Assembly: GCA_051010195.1 (NCBI GenBank)
Contig: JBPCVV010000118.1
Span: 550-64,549 of the forward strand
Reading direction: 5' to 3'
Source of the DNA: Anderseniella sp.
GTDB taxonomy: Bacteria; Pseudomonadota; Alphaproteobacteria; Rhizobiales; Aestuariivirgaceae
Length of the DNA stretch: 64,000 bases
In this document: positions 1-10,556 of the stretch, piece after piece
How the letters are laid out: each line of letters opens with the position of its first letter
How positions within the stretch are numbered: the first letter of the stretch is position 1
Program-made: the position numbers and the translations under genes
Notes under the pieces: generated by a model
What the model was told of the DNA's origin: nothing
The model's input: the letters and a program-made list of their open reading frames with translations, nothing else
Databases searched by the model: none

Positions 1-1596
1 CCGTCCGGGAACCGCGGCAAGCAAGTCCTTCGTGTAGGTTGCCTGCGGGTCGGCAAATATGGCGGCCGTCGGTCCTGTCTCGACAACCTCGCCATAGCGC
101 ATCACAGCCAGCCGGTCGCAGACCTGGGCGGCTACTCGCAGGTCGTGGGTTATGAAGATCATGGAGAGAGCCATCTGCTCGCGTATTTCATCGAGCAACC
201 GAAGGATCTGCGCCTGGATCGAAACGTCGAGCGCAGAGACCGGCTCGTCAGCTACCAGCACATCAGGGTTCAATGCCAGCGCACGTGCGATACCGATGCG
301 CTGGCGCTGCCCTCCGGAAAACTCGTGCGGGAAGCGGTCATAGGCGCGCTCATCCAGGCCGACGATCGAAAGAAGCTCTCTGGCCTTGGCCTGCGCCTCG
401 TTTTCTGGCATCCCCTGCAGAAGTGGGCCCTGCATGATGATCCTGCCAACGCGGGTACGGGGATTCAGAGACGCAAACGGATCCTGAAACATCATCTGTA
501 TGCTGGAACGAAAAGGCCGCATTGCAGCCCGGCCAAGCGGTCTCAGATCGGTGCCCTTCAGCAATATCTTTCCGTCATCCGCATCAATCAGCCGGACGAT
601 ACAGCGTGCAACTGTGGATTTGCCTGACCCACTTTCACCGACGATCCCGAGTGTTTCGCCGTGTCTCAACTCAAGCGTTACATTCTGCGCCGCCTTTACG
701 GTGCGCTCGCCACCACCGAAGCCCAGAAGGCTGCCGCCACTTCTGAAGACTTTGGTCAGCCCTTCAACCTGGAGCACAGGATCAGCGGATTGATCGCGCG
801 GCGGGCGCGGCGTCAGGGACGGCACAGCGGCGATCAGCGCCTGGGTGTAGGGGTGCTGCGGATTGTTCAGAACTTCGTCGGCCGTTCCAGCTTCGACCAG
901 CCTGCCCTGCTGCATGACAGCGACGCGGTCCGCGATATCCGAAACAACACCAAAATCATGGGTAATGAAGAGAACGCCGGTGTTATGCGTCGCCTGCATC
1001 TCCTTTATCAGTTTCAAAATCTGCGCCTGAGTGGTTACGTCCAGCGCGGTAGTCGGCTCATCGGCGATGAGAATTTTGGGATCAAGAGCAAGGGCCATCG
1101 CAATCATCGCGCGCTGGCGCTGTCCGCCGGACAACTCATGCGGATAAGCTCGCATAATATGCTCCGGATCGGGCAGATGCACGTCATGCAGCAGGGCCAG
1201 TGCCCGCTCGCGCCGTTCTTTTCTGCTCATCGCAACATGGAACCGGAAAACCTCGTCGATCTGGTCGCCAATTGTCATGACCGGATTGAGTGCGGTCATC
1301 GGCTCCTGAAAGATCATGGAGACCGCACTGCCGCGGATTTCGCGCATGCGGGCATTCGAAACGTTCACGAGATCTTCGCCATCCATCTGAATGCTGCCGT
1401 CCACCACCCGCACATGAGGTTTCGGCAGCAAGCCCATCACGGCACGCGCGGTCAGCGATTTGCCGGAGCCGCTTTCACCCACAACACACAGGATCTCGTT
1501 GGGAGCAAGGTCGAGATCGACTGCTTCAACCGCATGCTCGCGCTCGGAGCCCTCCGGCAGGCAGATATGCAGATTTCGGATTTCCAGCAGGCTCAT
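1..1596 (-). CDS. Peptide/nickel ABC transporter ATP-binding protein, fused double ATPase (OppD/OppF-like); 3' end runs off the window
   Basis: Translated by hand because it is absent from the ORF track (no stop in window). Starts [11 protein letters not shown], overlapping the permease stop (ATGA). Two Walker A motifs ([21 protein letters not shown]) plus [17 protein letters not shown]...[16 protein letters not shown]. Confidence 0.93.
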   Translation of the reverse strand, partial: MSLLEIRNLHICLPEGSEREHAVEAVDLDLAPNEILCVVGESGSGKSLTARAVMGLLPKPHVRVVDGSIQMDGEDLVNVSNARMREIRGSAVSMIFQEPMTALNPVMTIGDQIDEVFRFHVAMSRKERRERALALLHDVHLPDPEHIMRAYPHELSGGQRQRAMIAMALALDPKILIADEPTTALDVTTQAQILKLIKEMQATHNTGVLFITHDFGVVSDIADRVAVMQQGRLVEAGTADEVLNNPQHPYTQALIAAVPSLTPRPPRDQSADPVLQVEGLTKVFRSGGSLLGFGGGERTVKAAQNVTLELRHGETLGIVGESGSGKSTVARCIVRLIDADDGKILLKGTDLRPLGRAAMRPFRSSIQMMFQDPFASLNPRTRVGRIIMQGPLLQGMPENEAQAKARELLSIVGLDERAYDRFPHEFSGGQRQRIGIARALALNPDVLVADEPVSALDVSIQAQILRLLDEIREQMALSMIFITHDLRVAAQVCDRLAVMRYGEVVETGPTAAIFADPQATYTKDLLAAVPGR

Positions 1597-2426
1597 TGGC
1601 GTTCCCGCAATCTTGGATTGAGAGCGTCGTTCAGCCCTTCGCCAACCAGGTTTATTGCCAGCACCGTGATCAGGATCGCAATGCCGGGAAAAGTGACAAC
1701 CCACCATGCCGAACGCAACAGGGTGCGACCGGCACCAACCTGGAAACCCCAGCTCATGATGTTCGGATCGCCAAGCCCGAGGAATGCAAGCCCGCTCTCG
1801 ATCAGGATCGCAGTGGCAACCATGAGCGAGCCGATGACGATGATCGGAGACAGGCAGTTGGGCAAAATCTCCCCCAGCATAATGCGCACATCGCTCATGC
1901 CAAGCGTATGGCAGGCCTGCACGAACTCGCGGTTCTTCAGTGACAGGAACTCGCCGCGCACCAACCTCGCTACAGCCGGCCAGGACACAACCGCAATGGC
2001 AATCACGATGCTTTCAATCGACGGTTTCATGATTGCAACCAGCAGGATTGCGAAAACAAAAGAAGGGATCGTCTGGAACATTTCCGTGGTGCGCATCAGG
2101 AGGTCGTCGATAATGCCGCCATAGTAGCCGGCAAGTCCGCCCATCACCGTGCCGAAGCCAACGGCGACCACAGTTGCCAGAAGACCGATCAGCAATGAGG
2201 TTTTCGCGCCATGGGCAATACCTGCCGCCACATCGCGCCCCAGAGAGTCGCTGCCTAAAAGAAAGCCGTTCTGCCCCGGCGGAGACATGGACTGGCCCAC
2301 AAGACGGAACGGATCGTCTGGAAAGATCAGATGAGCAATCGCGGCAAGGAAGATTACCGCCAGAAGAACAAACAACCCGGCCACCGCCGAACGGTTGCGT
2401 TTGTACAGGTTCCAGAAATTTCTCAT
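1593..2426 (-). CDS. ABC transporter permease (OppC/DppC-like)
   Basis: LLGSDSLGRD motif, EAA loop (EFVQACHTLGMSDVRIMLGEILPN), C-terminal NLVGEGLNDALNPR. Confidence 0.93.
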   Translation of the reverse strand: MRNFWNLYKRNRSAVAGLFVLLAVIFLAAIAHLIFPDDPFRLVGQSMSPPGQNGFLLGSDSLGRDVAAGIAHGAKTSLLIGLLATVVAVGFGTVMGGLAGYYGGIIDDLLMRTTEMFQTIPSFVFAILLVAIMKPSIESIVIAIAVVSWPAVARLVRGEFLSLKNREFVQACHTLGMSDVRIMLGEILPNCLSPIIVIGSLMVATAILIESGLAFLGLGDPNIMSWGFQVGAGRTLLRSAWWVVTFPGIAILITVLAINLVGEGLNDALNPRLRERQ

Positions 2427-3412
2427 GAGCCCACCTCAATGCGCGGATCGAGCCAGGAATAGATGATGTCGACGATCAGGTTCACGGCGACCACCAGCAG
2501 CGCAGACAGCAGAAAAATGCCGAGCAGCAAATTCAGGTCGCGAGCAAACAGGGCTTCGAATGCCAGCATTCCAAGGCCGGGCCACGCGAAGACTGATTCA
2601 ACGATCACCGAGCCGCCAATCAGCGCGCCAACTTGAACCCCGGCCATGGTCACCACCGGCAGCAGCGCGTTGCGAAGCACGTGCACGAACATGATCCGCC
2701 GCTCGGTCAAACCCTTGGCACGGGCGGTGGTGACATAGTCCATCCCCGCCTGTTCCAACATGGAGGCGCGCATCAACCGGGTGTAGAGCGCCAGGTAAAA
2801 CAGCGACAGCGTGATGGTCGGAAGAACAAGATGATGGGCGATATCCCAGACCCGGTCCCAGCCTTCGTAGAACATCGCGATATTCTCCATACCGCTCGTC
2901 GGAAACCAGCCGAGATTCAAGGCGAACACGACGATGAACATCAACCCGACCCAAAACAGCGGCGTGGCGTAGGTCACCAGCGCGAAAACCGAGATCAGGG
3001 TATCGCGCCATGTGTTGAGCCCGGTTGCTGCCAGAAGGCCGAGCACGATGCCGACCCCGACGGCCAGGAGAATGGTGCTGACCATGAGAAGCAGCGTCGG
3101 CACGAAGCGGTCCAGCACCAGATCGAGCACGGGCATTTCGTGACGGAACGAGTAGCCGAGATCGAACGAAGCGATGTTCTTCAGATAGACAAAGAGCTGG
3201 ACCGGCAACGGTTGGTCCAGCCCGAACTTTTTGCGCAGCTCCGCCATGTATTCAGGCGTGGCGGAGCCCGCCTCACCTGCCAGCACATCGACGGCGTCCC
3301 CTTCCGCCATATGCAGCAGAAAGAAGTTTACGACGATAATCGCCAGAACAATTGGAAGCGCCTGCAACAGCCGTTTGAGGACATATCGCAGGCGCTTGGC
3401 TGTGTGACTCAT
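2423..3412 (-). CDS. ABC transporter permease (OppB/DppB-like)
   Basis: FGLDQPLPVQ, DLGYSF, DYVTTARAKGL..RIMFVHVLRNALLP, ESVFAWPGLG, LDPRI. Confidence 0.93.
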   Translation of the reverse strand: MSHTAKRLRYVLKRLLQALPIVLAIIVVNFFLLHMAEGDAVDVLAGEAGSATPEYMAELRKKFGLDQPLPVQLFVYLKNIASFDLGYSFRHEMPVLDLVLDRFVPTLLLMVSTILLAVGVGIVLGLLAATGLNTWRDTLISVFALVTYATPLFWVGLMFIVVFALNLGWFPTSGMENIAMFYEGWDRVWDIAHHLVLPTITLSLFYLALYTRLMRASMLEQAGMDYVTTARAKGLTERRIMFVHVLRNALLPVVTMAGVQVGALIGGSVIVESVFAWPGLGMLAFEALFARDLNLLLGIFLLSALLVVAVNLIVDIIYSWLDPRIEVGS

Positions 3413-3454
3413 GCAGGCACTACCCCAGTTGGCCGCACGGGCTCGAAGGCCTGA

Positions 3455-5050
3455 TCACTTTTCAAACCAGGTGCGATCGAACGAGCCGTAGGCGCCGAAG
3501 CCCGAAGCGTCGTGGCCTTTGAGCTTCGAGTTGAACACGGTCAGGAACTTCATTTCGTGCAGGTTCACCACCGGCATGTCATTTGCGAGAATCTCCTGAA
3601 TCTCCTTGTACATGGTGCTGCGCTTGGCGGCATCCGGCTCCTTGGCACCCGACGCCAGCAACTCATCGAGCTTCGGGTTGCTGTAGCGCGACGAGTTCAC
3701 GAAGTGCGTGCCTTTCCTGATCTGGTCGGTGCCGTAATGGCGATGAACGCCCAGCACTGGATCAGGCAACTGATAGAAGTAGTTCACGTTCATGCGGAAG
3801 TCGTAGTCCGCATAGACACGCTTCAGCCAGGTCGGCACATCCTCGTAGCGAAGGTCGAGCTTGATGCCGATATCGCCGAGGGCCTGCTTCATATACTCGC
3901 CTGCACGGCGCCAGTCCTCGCCATAAGGGATAAGGTCGAGGACCGCTTCGGCGCGTACGCCGTTCCCGTCAGGCTTTATGCCGGCGTCATCCAGCACCTT
4001 CTTGGCAGCTTCCACGTCAGGCTTGGCCGGATAGTTGGGCATGCCCGGCGCGTAGAGACCTGTTGCAGAATAGCTGCTGGACAGAGCGCTGGTCGCCGGC
4101 TTGCCATAGCCGAACCAGATATTGTCGATCAGGAACTGGCGGTCCAGGGTCAGCGAAATCGCCTTGCGGATCGCCGGATTGTCGAAAGGCGGCTGCGTTG
4201 TGTTAAATTCGATCAGCGAGACCGGATTTATCATCGCATAACCGTCGGTGGTCACGCCGATGCTGTCGAGTTCGCGCAGGCGCACTACGTCAACATTGGG
4301 AATCGCACCATAGGCGCCATAGTGCACTTCACCTTTTTCCATAGCGGCAGTGCGGGTCGATGCATCCGGAATAAAGCGTCCAACGATGCGGTCGAGATAA
4401 GGCAGGCCTTCCTTCCAGTAATTCTCGTTCTTGTCGAGGCGAATGTACTGGCCCTTTTTCCACTCCACGAACTTGAACGGACCTGTACCAACGGGTTTGT
4501 TGGCGATGCTCGCGCTCTTTGGATCCTGGCCCTCCAGCAGGTGTTTCGGCACTATCGGCGACTCGTACGACCCGAAGGAGCGCATCATGTAAGGGGCGGG
4601 ATTGGCCAGCCGGAAAATCGCAGTATGGGCATCCGGTGTATCGACCGCTGTGACTTCTTTGAAAGAGTTGGGCCCGCGCGGATGCACCTTCTTCAGCACG
4701 TTCATGATAGTGTGCTGCACATCTGCAGAGGTGAACGGCTTGCCGTCATGCCACTGCACATCCTTGCGGAGTTTGAACGTGACTGTTTTGCCGTCTTCAC
4801 TGACAGTCCAGCTCTCCGCGAGCGAAGGGACAGCCTTCAGATCCTTGTCGTAATCAAGGAGGCCGTCATAGATTTTTGGGGCTACGAGCCCGATCGGGCC
4901 GGAGGTCGACAGGTAGGATGCAAGTGAAGGCGGCTCCGGCTGCACAAGCATTACGAGCGTTCCGCCATGCTGTTGCGCCTGGGCGGTGATGCTGCCCAGC
5001 AACATCGAGATGACGCCGAGCGTGATGCCCAGCCAAGTTCGAATCCCCAT
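3455..5050 (-). CDS. ABC transporter substrate-binding protein, family 5
   Basis: Signal peptide; LAESWTVSEDGKTVTFKLRKDVQWHDGKPFTSADV family signature; GTGPFKFVEW. Confidence 0.93.
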   Translation of the reverse strand: MGIRTWLGITLGVISMLLGSITAQAQQHGGTLVMLVQPEPPSLASYLSTSGPIGLVAPKIYDGLLDYDKDLKAVPSLAESWTVSEDGKTVTFKLRKDVQWHDGKPFTSADVQHTIMNVLKKVHPRGPNSFKEVTAVDTPDAHTAIFRLANPAPYMMRSFGSYESPIVPKHLLEGQDPKSASIANKPVGTGPFKFVEWKKGQYIRLDKNENYWKEGLPYLDRIVGRFIPDASTRTAAMEKGEVHYGAYGAIPNVDVVRLRELDSIGVTTDGYAMINPVSLIEFNTTQPPFDNPAIRKAISLTLDRQFLIDNIWFGYGKPATSALSSSYSATGLYAPGMPNYPAKPDVEAAKKVLDDAGIKPDGNGVRAEAVLDLIPYGEDWRRAGEYMKQALGDIGIKLDLRYEDVPTWLKRVYADYDFRMNVNYFYQLPDPVLGVHRHYGTDQIRKGTHFVNSSRYSNPKLDELLASGAKEPDAAKRSTMYKEIQEILANDMPVVNLHEMKFLTVFNSKLKGHDASGFGAYGSFDRTWFEK

Positions 5051-5228
5051 TGTACTTCACTCCCACATTTCCGTTTTCACGCCTGTAACCGCCGTCTGAC
5101 AGGTGCCAGCGTAGCACCGTTCTCGCTGAAAGTTCCAGCAATTCGACGGAGTCCATCTCGCATCGAGAAATCGGGACCATTGATCTCGACCCTCTGCGTG
5201 GCGGTAATATATGAGTCTGCCGGTCGCC

Positions 5229-5262
5229 AGTTTGCCGTGACTTCAGCAGGTCATCGCAAACT
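5229..5262. terminator. Hairpin between the Mrp operon end and the ABC promoter region (possible terminator or RNA-processing site)
   Basis: AGTTTGC-CGTGAC...GTCATC-GCAAACT imperfect inverted repeat; no clear U-tract. Confidence 0.3.
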
Positions 5263-5280
5263 CAACCAATGATTGCAGAC

Positions 5281-6981
5281 CTAGTCCAGATAATAGACCA
5301 GGATGTAGAGGGTCAGCAGGACCATGGCGTAAAGCGCGGCCAGACCGGTCGCGGATGTCGCGCGCAAGATCAGGCCATCGCGTTCGGACAGGTCATCGAG
5401 CCTCTCCTGCCCTGATTTCAAAAACGACAGTACGGCTTTCTCGGCAGACGTTCTTGCCGCGGTGCAGGCATCATAGATGAGATCGCCCGCCCTGAAGACC
5501 ACAATACGCCAGATCCAGTCGAGATCCAGGGTGATGGTCAGTGTCCGTTTCATGTAGTTGAGCAGCAGGAAGAACGCCAGGCCGGAGAACAGCAGCAGTT
5601 GCAGGTAGAACACCACCTTTTCCGGCTTGTAGACCGGTACGATGGTGGTATTGGGCAACATGGCGTAGAGCGGATCGGCATAAATGCCCAAGGCCACACA
5701 CAGGAAGGCAAAGAAGATCATCGCAGCCGCCATATTCCAGGGCGCATCCTTGGGCCTGAGACCGGAATCTTTCTGGAAGAATACGAACCACGGGAACTTG
5801 ATGCCCGCGTGCAGGAACACACCGGCAGATGCGGCGGCCAGCATGTACCAGACAAATACCAGGTGCTGCTGTTCGGCAGCCACGGATATCATGGTCTTGG
5901 TGGTATAGCCCGACGTGAGCGGGAAGGACGAAATGGCCAGCGCGCCGATGATGCCGCAAATACAGGTGACCGGCATGGTACGGAACAGGCCGCCAAGATC
6001 AGTACATTTGCGCATACCGGTGCGATACATCACGACACCGGCACTCATCAGCAGCAAGGCTTTGTAGATGATGTGGGCAAACGCGTGCAGCGCGGCGCCA
6101 TTGATCGCAAGTTCCGTTCCGATGCCGATGGCACAGACCATGAAGCCGACCTGGTTGATAATCGAATAGGCCAGAATGCGCCGGGCATCGTTTTCCAGCA
6201 GCGCATAGATGATGCCGTAGAATATCATGTACAGGCCCACCCAGATCAGCACCTGTTCGCCCGGGAATAGCAGGATCAGGGCCAGGACGGCCGTCTTGGT
6301 AGTGAACGCGGACAGGAACACAGCCCCGGTCGGGCTGGTCTCGGGATAGGCATCCGGCAGCCATGCCGAAAACGGTGGGGCTGCGGCGTTGATCAGAATG
6401 CCGATCAGGATCAGCCAGCGGTCAAGATCGGTGGCCAGCATGGCCTCGATTTCCAACGAGCCGGTATGAACATAAACGCCTTCAATACCGATTTTCAGCA
6501 GGATGCCTGACAGCAAATGCATCATTGCGTAGCGGATACCGGCTCGGCGGGAAGCTTCGGTCCCGCCGCACCACACGACGATGGTGGAAAAAATCGCCAT
6601 GATCTCCCACCAGATAAACAGGGTGATCAGGTCACCGGCAAACGATACCCCTACAGCACCTGACGCATAGGCGAAGGCTGCTCCCAGCTCAGCGGTCCTG
6701 GCGGTCCGGAACGAAAACAACGCACCAGTGAAGGCCATGATGGTGAACACGGTGGCGAACATGCGCCGTATGGGCGACACCTCGAGCGGTTCGATCTGGT
6801 AGCCCAGGAAACGCGTGGTTATCAGCACACCGTCCGGCAGTGACCAGATCGCCCACAAGGTGATGAGTGGCGCGACAAGTAGGATGATGGCCCTGGCATT
6901 TGGCCGCGATATCACCGCCATGAAGGCGGCAAACAACAAGATCAGTGCGGGTGGGAAGGTTTCAAAGATCATAGTAATCAT
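5281..6981 (-). CDS. Mrp antiporter MrpD-like subunit (third copy); start may be 6972
   Basis: Proton_antipo_M-like motifs FIWWEIMA, WLPDAYP, FTTKTA, RRILAYSII.QVGFM, HAFAHIIYKALL, DLGGL; multi-TM. Confidence 0.88.
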   Translation of the reverse strand: MITMIFETFPPALILLFAAFMAVISRPNARAIILLVAPLITLWAIWSLPDGVLITTRFLGYQIEPLEVSPIRRMFATVFTIMAFTGALFSFRTARTAELGAAFAYASGAVGVSFAGDLITLFIWWEIMAIFSTIVVWCGGTEASRRAGIRYAMMHLLSGILLKIGIEGVYVHTGSLEIEAMLATDLDRWLILIGILINAAAPPFSAWLPDAYPETSPTGAVFLSAFTTKTAVLALILLFPGEQVLIWVGLYMIFYGIIYALLENDARRILAYSIINQVGFMVCAIGIGTELAINGAALHAFAHIIYKALLLMSAGVVMYRTGMRKCTDLGGLFRTMPVTCICGIIGALAISSFPLTSGYTTKTMISVAAEQQHLVFVWYMLAAASAGVFLHAGIKFPWFVFFQKDSGLRPKDAPWNMAAAMIFFAFLCVALGIYADPLYAMLPNTTIVPVYKPEKVVFYLQLLLFSGLAFFLLLNYMKRTLTITLDLDWIWRIVVFRAGDLIYDACTAARTSAEKAVLSFLKSGQERLDDLSERDGLILRATSATGLAALYAMVLLTLYILVYYLD

Positions 6982-7240
6982 CCTTCCGTTTCAGGATGTT
7001 ACCCAACACCTTTGCACCAAACACCATGGCGACGCAGGACAGGAAACCAAATACGGCCGGGAAGGCAAACCACTCATCGACGCCGTGAAAATGACCCGCT
7101 GTTCCGGTGAACAATTCCAGCGCGACGGTAATCGCGAGCACAATGATCGAGCCTGTCCAGATCTTGCGGATGGTCGCGGGCCGCACCAGCCAGTGATCAT
7201 GGCCGGGAGCAGTTTCGGGCTTTTTCGGAGTGCGGGCCAT
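6962..7240 (-). CDS. Small 2-TM membrane protein within the Mrp operon
   Basis: 92 aa, two hydrophobic segments, C-terminal KRKDDYYD, packed tightly between two MrpD-like genes. Confidence 0.75.
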   Translation of the reverse strand: MARTPKKPETAPGHDHWLVRPATIRKIWTGSIIVLAITVALELFTGTAGHFHGVDEWFAFPAVFGFLSCVAMVFGAKVLGNILKRKDDYYDL

Positions 7241-7243
7241 GAT

Positions 7244-8710
7244 CTATTTCACCAGTATCTGTGCTTCGAGGTCAGCAATCGGCTGATGGAAGAGGAAGAA
7301 TGCGAAGGTCAGCAAGGCTGTAAAGGTCAGAGCCGCAACCATCGGCCAGGGCGCTTCGCCATGCTGCTTCACCGGTTTGACGTCTTCTTCATACAGGAAA
7401 GCGGCGAAGATGAACGGCAGAAAGTAAGCCGCGTTCAGCAGAGTCGACGCCACCAGCGTCGCAAGGGCCAGGTAGTTGTCGTCCTGGATGGCACCGCCGA
7501 GAATGTACCACTTGGAGATGAAACCGCCGGTGGGCGGAACGCCAATCATCGACAGTGCGCCGATAGAGAACGCCGCCATTGTCCACGGCATGCGCCTGCC
7601 GATGCCGCGCATGTCGGTGATCTCGGTTTTCTTCGATGCTACGTAAATGGCGCCTGCGGCGAAGAACAGGGTGATCTTGCCGAAGGCGTGCGCCATCATG
7701 TGCATGGACGCGCCGACTTCCGACAGTGGTTTCAGCACCGAGGCAGCCAGCACCACATACGACAACTGGCCAATGGTGGAGTAGGCCAGCAGGCGTTTCA
7801 GATTGGTCTGGCGTAGCGCGATGAAACTGGACACCACAATGGTGAAACAGGCAAACCAGATGATCAGCCGGTGACTGGGCTGGTTGAACAGGAAGTCGAT
7901 GCCGAAGATGTAGACGAACACCTTGGTGATGGTGAACACGCCGGCCTTCACGACGGCAACCGCGTGCAGGAGCGCGGACACCGGTGTCGGTGCCACCATG
8001 GCGGCAGGCAGCCAGCGGTGGATCGGCATCAGTGCGGCCTTGCCGATACCAAACGCAAACATCACCAGCAGCAACCCGACCAGCGGTTCAGCGATCTTGC
8101 CCTTAAGAATGCCGCCCGGCGTGAAGTCCAGCGTTCCGGCTATCGAGTAGGTCCATATCATCGCCGGCAGCAGCAGACCGATAGACGTCCCCAGCAATAT
8201 CCCCATGTACACCCGCGCCGACCTGACGGTCGCCTCATCGCCCTTGTGGGCCACGAGTGGGTATGTCGAGATGGTCAGGACTTCGTAGAAGATGAACAGG
8301 GTGAGCAGGTTGGCCGAGAACGCCACACCGACAGCGGCGGCAAGCGCAATGGCAAAGCAAATATAGAACCGGGTCTGGTTCTTCTCGTTGTTGCCGCGCA
8401 TGTAGCCGATAGAATAAACCGAGTTGACGATCCACAAGCCCGACGCAAGCGCGGCAAACAGCATGCCGAGCGGTTCGACCTTGAAGGCAATGCTAAGGCC
8501 CGGCAGCATTTCTCCCAGCTGCAGTTCCGGGCGCCCGCCGGCCTGCAAGACGGGAACCAGGCTCCACACCACGACTGCCAGACAGACCGCCGTCGTCAGG
8601 GTGACGGTTTCGCGCACATTGGGCCAGCGGCCGGCCAGCGCGATGGCGACAGCGCCCACGAGGGGGATGGTCAGGGCGTAGAATATGGTGTCGGCTTCGC
8701 TGAATATCAT
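7244..8710 (-). CDS. Mrp antiporter MrpD-like subunit (second copy)
   Basis: True start MIFSEAD at 8710 (ATGA overlap). Motifs FIFYEVLT, GIGKAALMPIHRWLPAAMVAPTP, VVKAG, KRLLAYST, GFISKW. Confidence 0.9.
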   Translation of the reverse strand: MIFSEADTIFYALTIPLVGAVAIALAGRWPNVRETVTLTTAVCLAVVVWSLVPVLQAGGRPELQLGEMLPGLSIAFKVEPLGMLFAALASGLWIVNSVYSIGYMRGNNEKNQTRFYICFAIALAAAVGVAFSANLLTLFIFYEVLTISTYPLVAHKGDEATVRSARVYMGILLGTSIGLLLPAMIWTYSIAGTLDFTPGGILKGKIAEPLVGLLLVMFAFGIGKAALMPIHRWLPAAMVAPTPVSALLHAVAVVKAGVFTITKVFVYIFGIDFLFNQPSHRLIIWFACFTIVVSSFIALRQTNLKRLLAYSTIGQLSYVVLAASVLKPLSEVGASMHMMAHAFGKITLFFAAGAIYVASKKTEITDMRGIGRRMPWTMAAFSIGALSMIGVPPTGGFISKWYILGGAIQDDNYLALATLVASTLLNAAYFLPFIFAAFLYEEDVKPVKQHGEAPWPMVAALTFTALLTFAFFLFHQPIADLEAQILVK

Positions 8711-10200
8711 GGTGCAACACCCAGCAATGTTTTGGCAGCGACGGACGCAAGACCGACAGTCATACGGGTATCCACGGCAATCCAGATGCCGGCCAACACC
8801 ACGATCCATGTCGGGACAAGCATGACCAGTGGCGCTTCTTCGGTAACCGGGACGGCGTTCGCGCGGGGTTCGCGGAAATAGGCGACCTCGATCACCTTCC
8901 ATACGTAAATTACCGCCAGCAATGATGACACCAGGATAACCACGACCAGCACGGCACCGAGCCAGCCTTCATTCAGTGCGGCCAGGACCAGATACCACTT
9001 GGAAATGAAGCCCGGTGTCAGCGGCACGCCGATAAGGCCCAGGCCACCGACTACAAAGGCTGCCATGGTCCACGGCATAGCTCTGCCCGCACCTGCCAGG
9101 TTGGCCACGTTCACCGTTCGGTAGCGCAGGGCCAGGCATGCAACGGCCATGAACATGCCCCCCTTGATCAGGCCATGATTGAACATGTGAACGATGGCAC
9201 CGGTCAAACCGGCGACCGAGGTCATGGAGATGCCGAGCGCAATGTATCCGATCTGGGCGACGGACGAATAGGCCAGCAGCCGTTTCAGGTTTTTCTCGTA
9301 GATCGCCAGCATGGAGCCGGCAAACAATGCCAGCACGCCAAGCGGCACCAGGAAGAACGTCAGCTGCACATCGTGGTTGGCAATGCTGTTCTGGAAGATC
9401 GCGTAGTCCACGCGCATCAACACATACAGGGACACCTTGGTGGAAGCTGCCGCGATGAACACGGTGACCGCATTGGGCGCAAAAGTGTAAGCGTTCGGCA
9501 TCCACGAGTGCAGCGGGAAAACCGCCGCCTTCACCGCAAGACCGACGGATATGAAACCGGCGGCCACCAGCACCAGGCGGATATCCTCGACCTGCCCTAC
9601 CCGCGCGGCAAGATCAGCGGTGTTGAGGGTTCCGGTCACCATGTAGAGGAAGCCGACACCGATCAGGTAGAAGGTGGCTCCCACCGTTCCCATAACAATG
9701 TATCGGTAGGTGGAGATCAGGGCACGTCTGTCAGGACCGGCTGAAATCAGCACGTAAGTCGACAACGACGAGATTTCCATGAACACGAAAATGTTGAATG
9801 CATCCCCGGTTATCACCATGCCGACAAGGCCGGCTGTACACAAAAGCCAGGCGGCGAAAAACGCAGGCGCGGTTTCCTCGCCCACTTCATCCGCCAGGCT
9901 CTTGTACCCGAAAATCAGGGCCACAGAAGAAGCGCCGGTGATCAACATGGCCATCAGCGCTGACAATGCATCAATGTTCAGGACGATGCCGTAAGGCGCG
10001 GGCCAGCCTCCCATCTCGTAGATGATGGTCTCACCGCCGATGACGGTTGCGGCCAGGGAACATGCCACCAAAAACGAGGTGACGACAGCAGCGGTCGCCG
10101 CAGCCCATGGAAAGCCGTGCAGGCGCAACATGTAGGCAATCGGCGCCGTAAACAACAGCACCGCAACAACCAGTGCCGGAAGCTGGTCATATAGTGTCAC
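8707..10200 (-). CDS. mrpD: Mrp antiporter subunit D
   Basis: GDAFNIFVFMEISSL, KAAVFPLHSWMPNAY, TKVS, KRLLAYSSVAQIGYI, NHGLIKG, GFISKW. Confidence 0.92.
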   Translation of the reverse strand: MTLYDQLPALVVAVLLFTAPIAYMLRLHGFPWAAATAAVVTSFLVACSLAATVIGGETIIYEMGGWPAPYGIVLNIDALSALMAMLITGASSVALIFGYKSLADEVGEETAPAFFAAWLLCTAGLVGMVITGDAFNIFVFMEISSLSTYVLISAGPDRRALISTYRYIVMGTVGATFYLIGVGFLYMVTGTLNTADLAARVGQVEDIRLVLVAAGFISVGLAVKAAVFPLHSWMPNAYTFAPNAVTVFIAAASTKVSLYVLMRVDYAIFQNSIANHDVQLTFFLVPLGVLALFAGSMLAIYEKNLKRLLAYSSVAQIGYIALGISMTSVAGLTGAIVHMFNHGLIKGGMFMAVACLALRYRTVNVANLAGAGRAMPWTMAAFVVGGLGLIGVPLTPGFISKWYLVLAALNEGWLGAVLVVVILVSSLLAVIYVWKVIEVAYFREPRANAVPVTEEAPLVMLVPTWIVVLAGIWIAVDTRMTVGLASVAAKTLLGVAP

Positions 10201-10556
10201 GTTTCGCGGTCCATTTCCTGAATCTTGTCTTCTTCGATTGTGCCGTAGGCTTCCCTAATGCGTACCGTGACTGCCAACGCCAGCGCCGTTGTAGAAATAC
10301 CGACCACGATGGCGGTGAGGATCAACACCTGCGGCAGCGGATTGGCAAAGATCTGGTCTTCCACACCCTCCAGGATGATGGGCGCCGTTCCACCGTCGAT
10401 CTTGTCCATCGAGATGTACAGGAGGAATACTGCAGACTGAAAAATCGTCAATCCTATCAATGATTTGATGATGTTGGTTCGCGCCAGCACGCAATACAGC
10501 CCGATCATCAGCAGCACGGCGAAAACAAAGTAGTTATACAGCCCCAGTACTTCCAC
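10197..10556 (-). CDS. mrpC: Mrp antiporter subunit C
   Basis: NPLPQVLILTAIVVGIS signature; ATGA overlap with mrpD. Confidence 0.93.
   Translation of the reverse strand: MEVLGLYNYFVFAVLLMIGLYCVLARTNIIKSLIGLTIFQSAVFLLYISMDKIDGGTAPIILEGVEDQIFANPLPQVLILTAIVVGISTTALALAVTVRIREAYGTIEEDKIQEMDRET

Noticed and set aside
661-2124. 487-aa + strand ORF and many other long antisense or alternate-frame ORFs (e.g. 3512-4927, 6815-7816, 62710-63741)
   Set aside because: They are shadows of well-supported genes on the opposite strand, which is expected in GC-rich DNA, and they carry no recognisable motifs.
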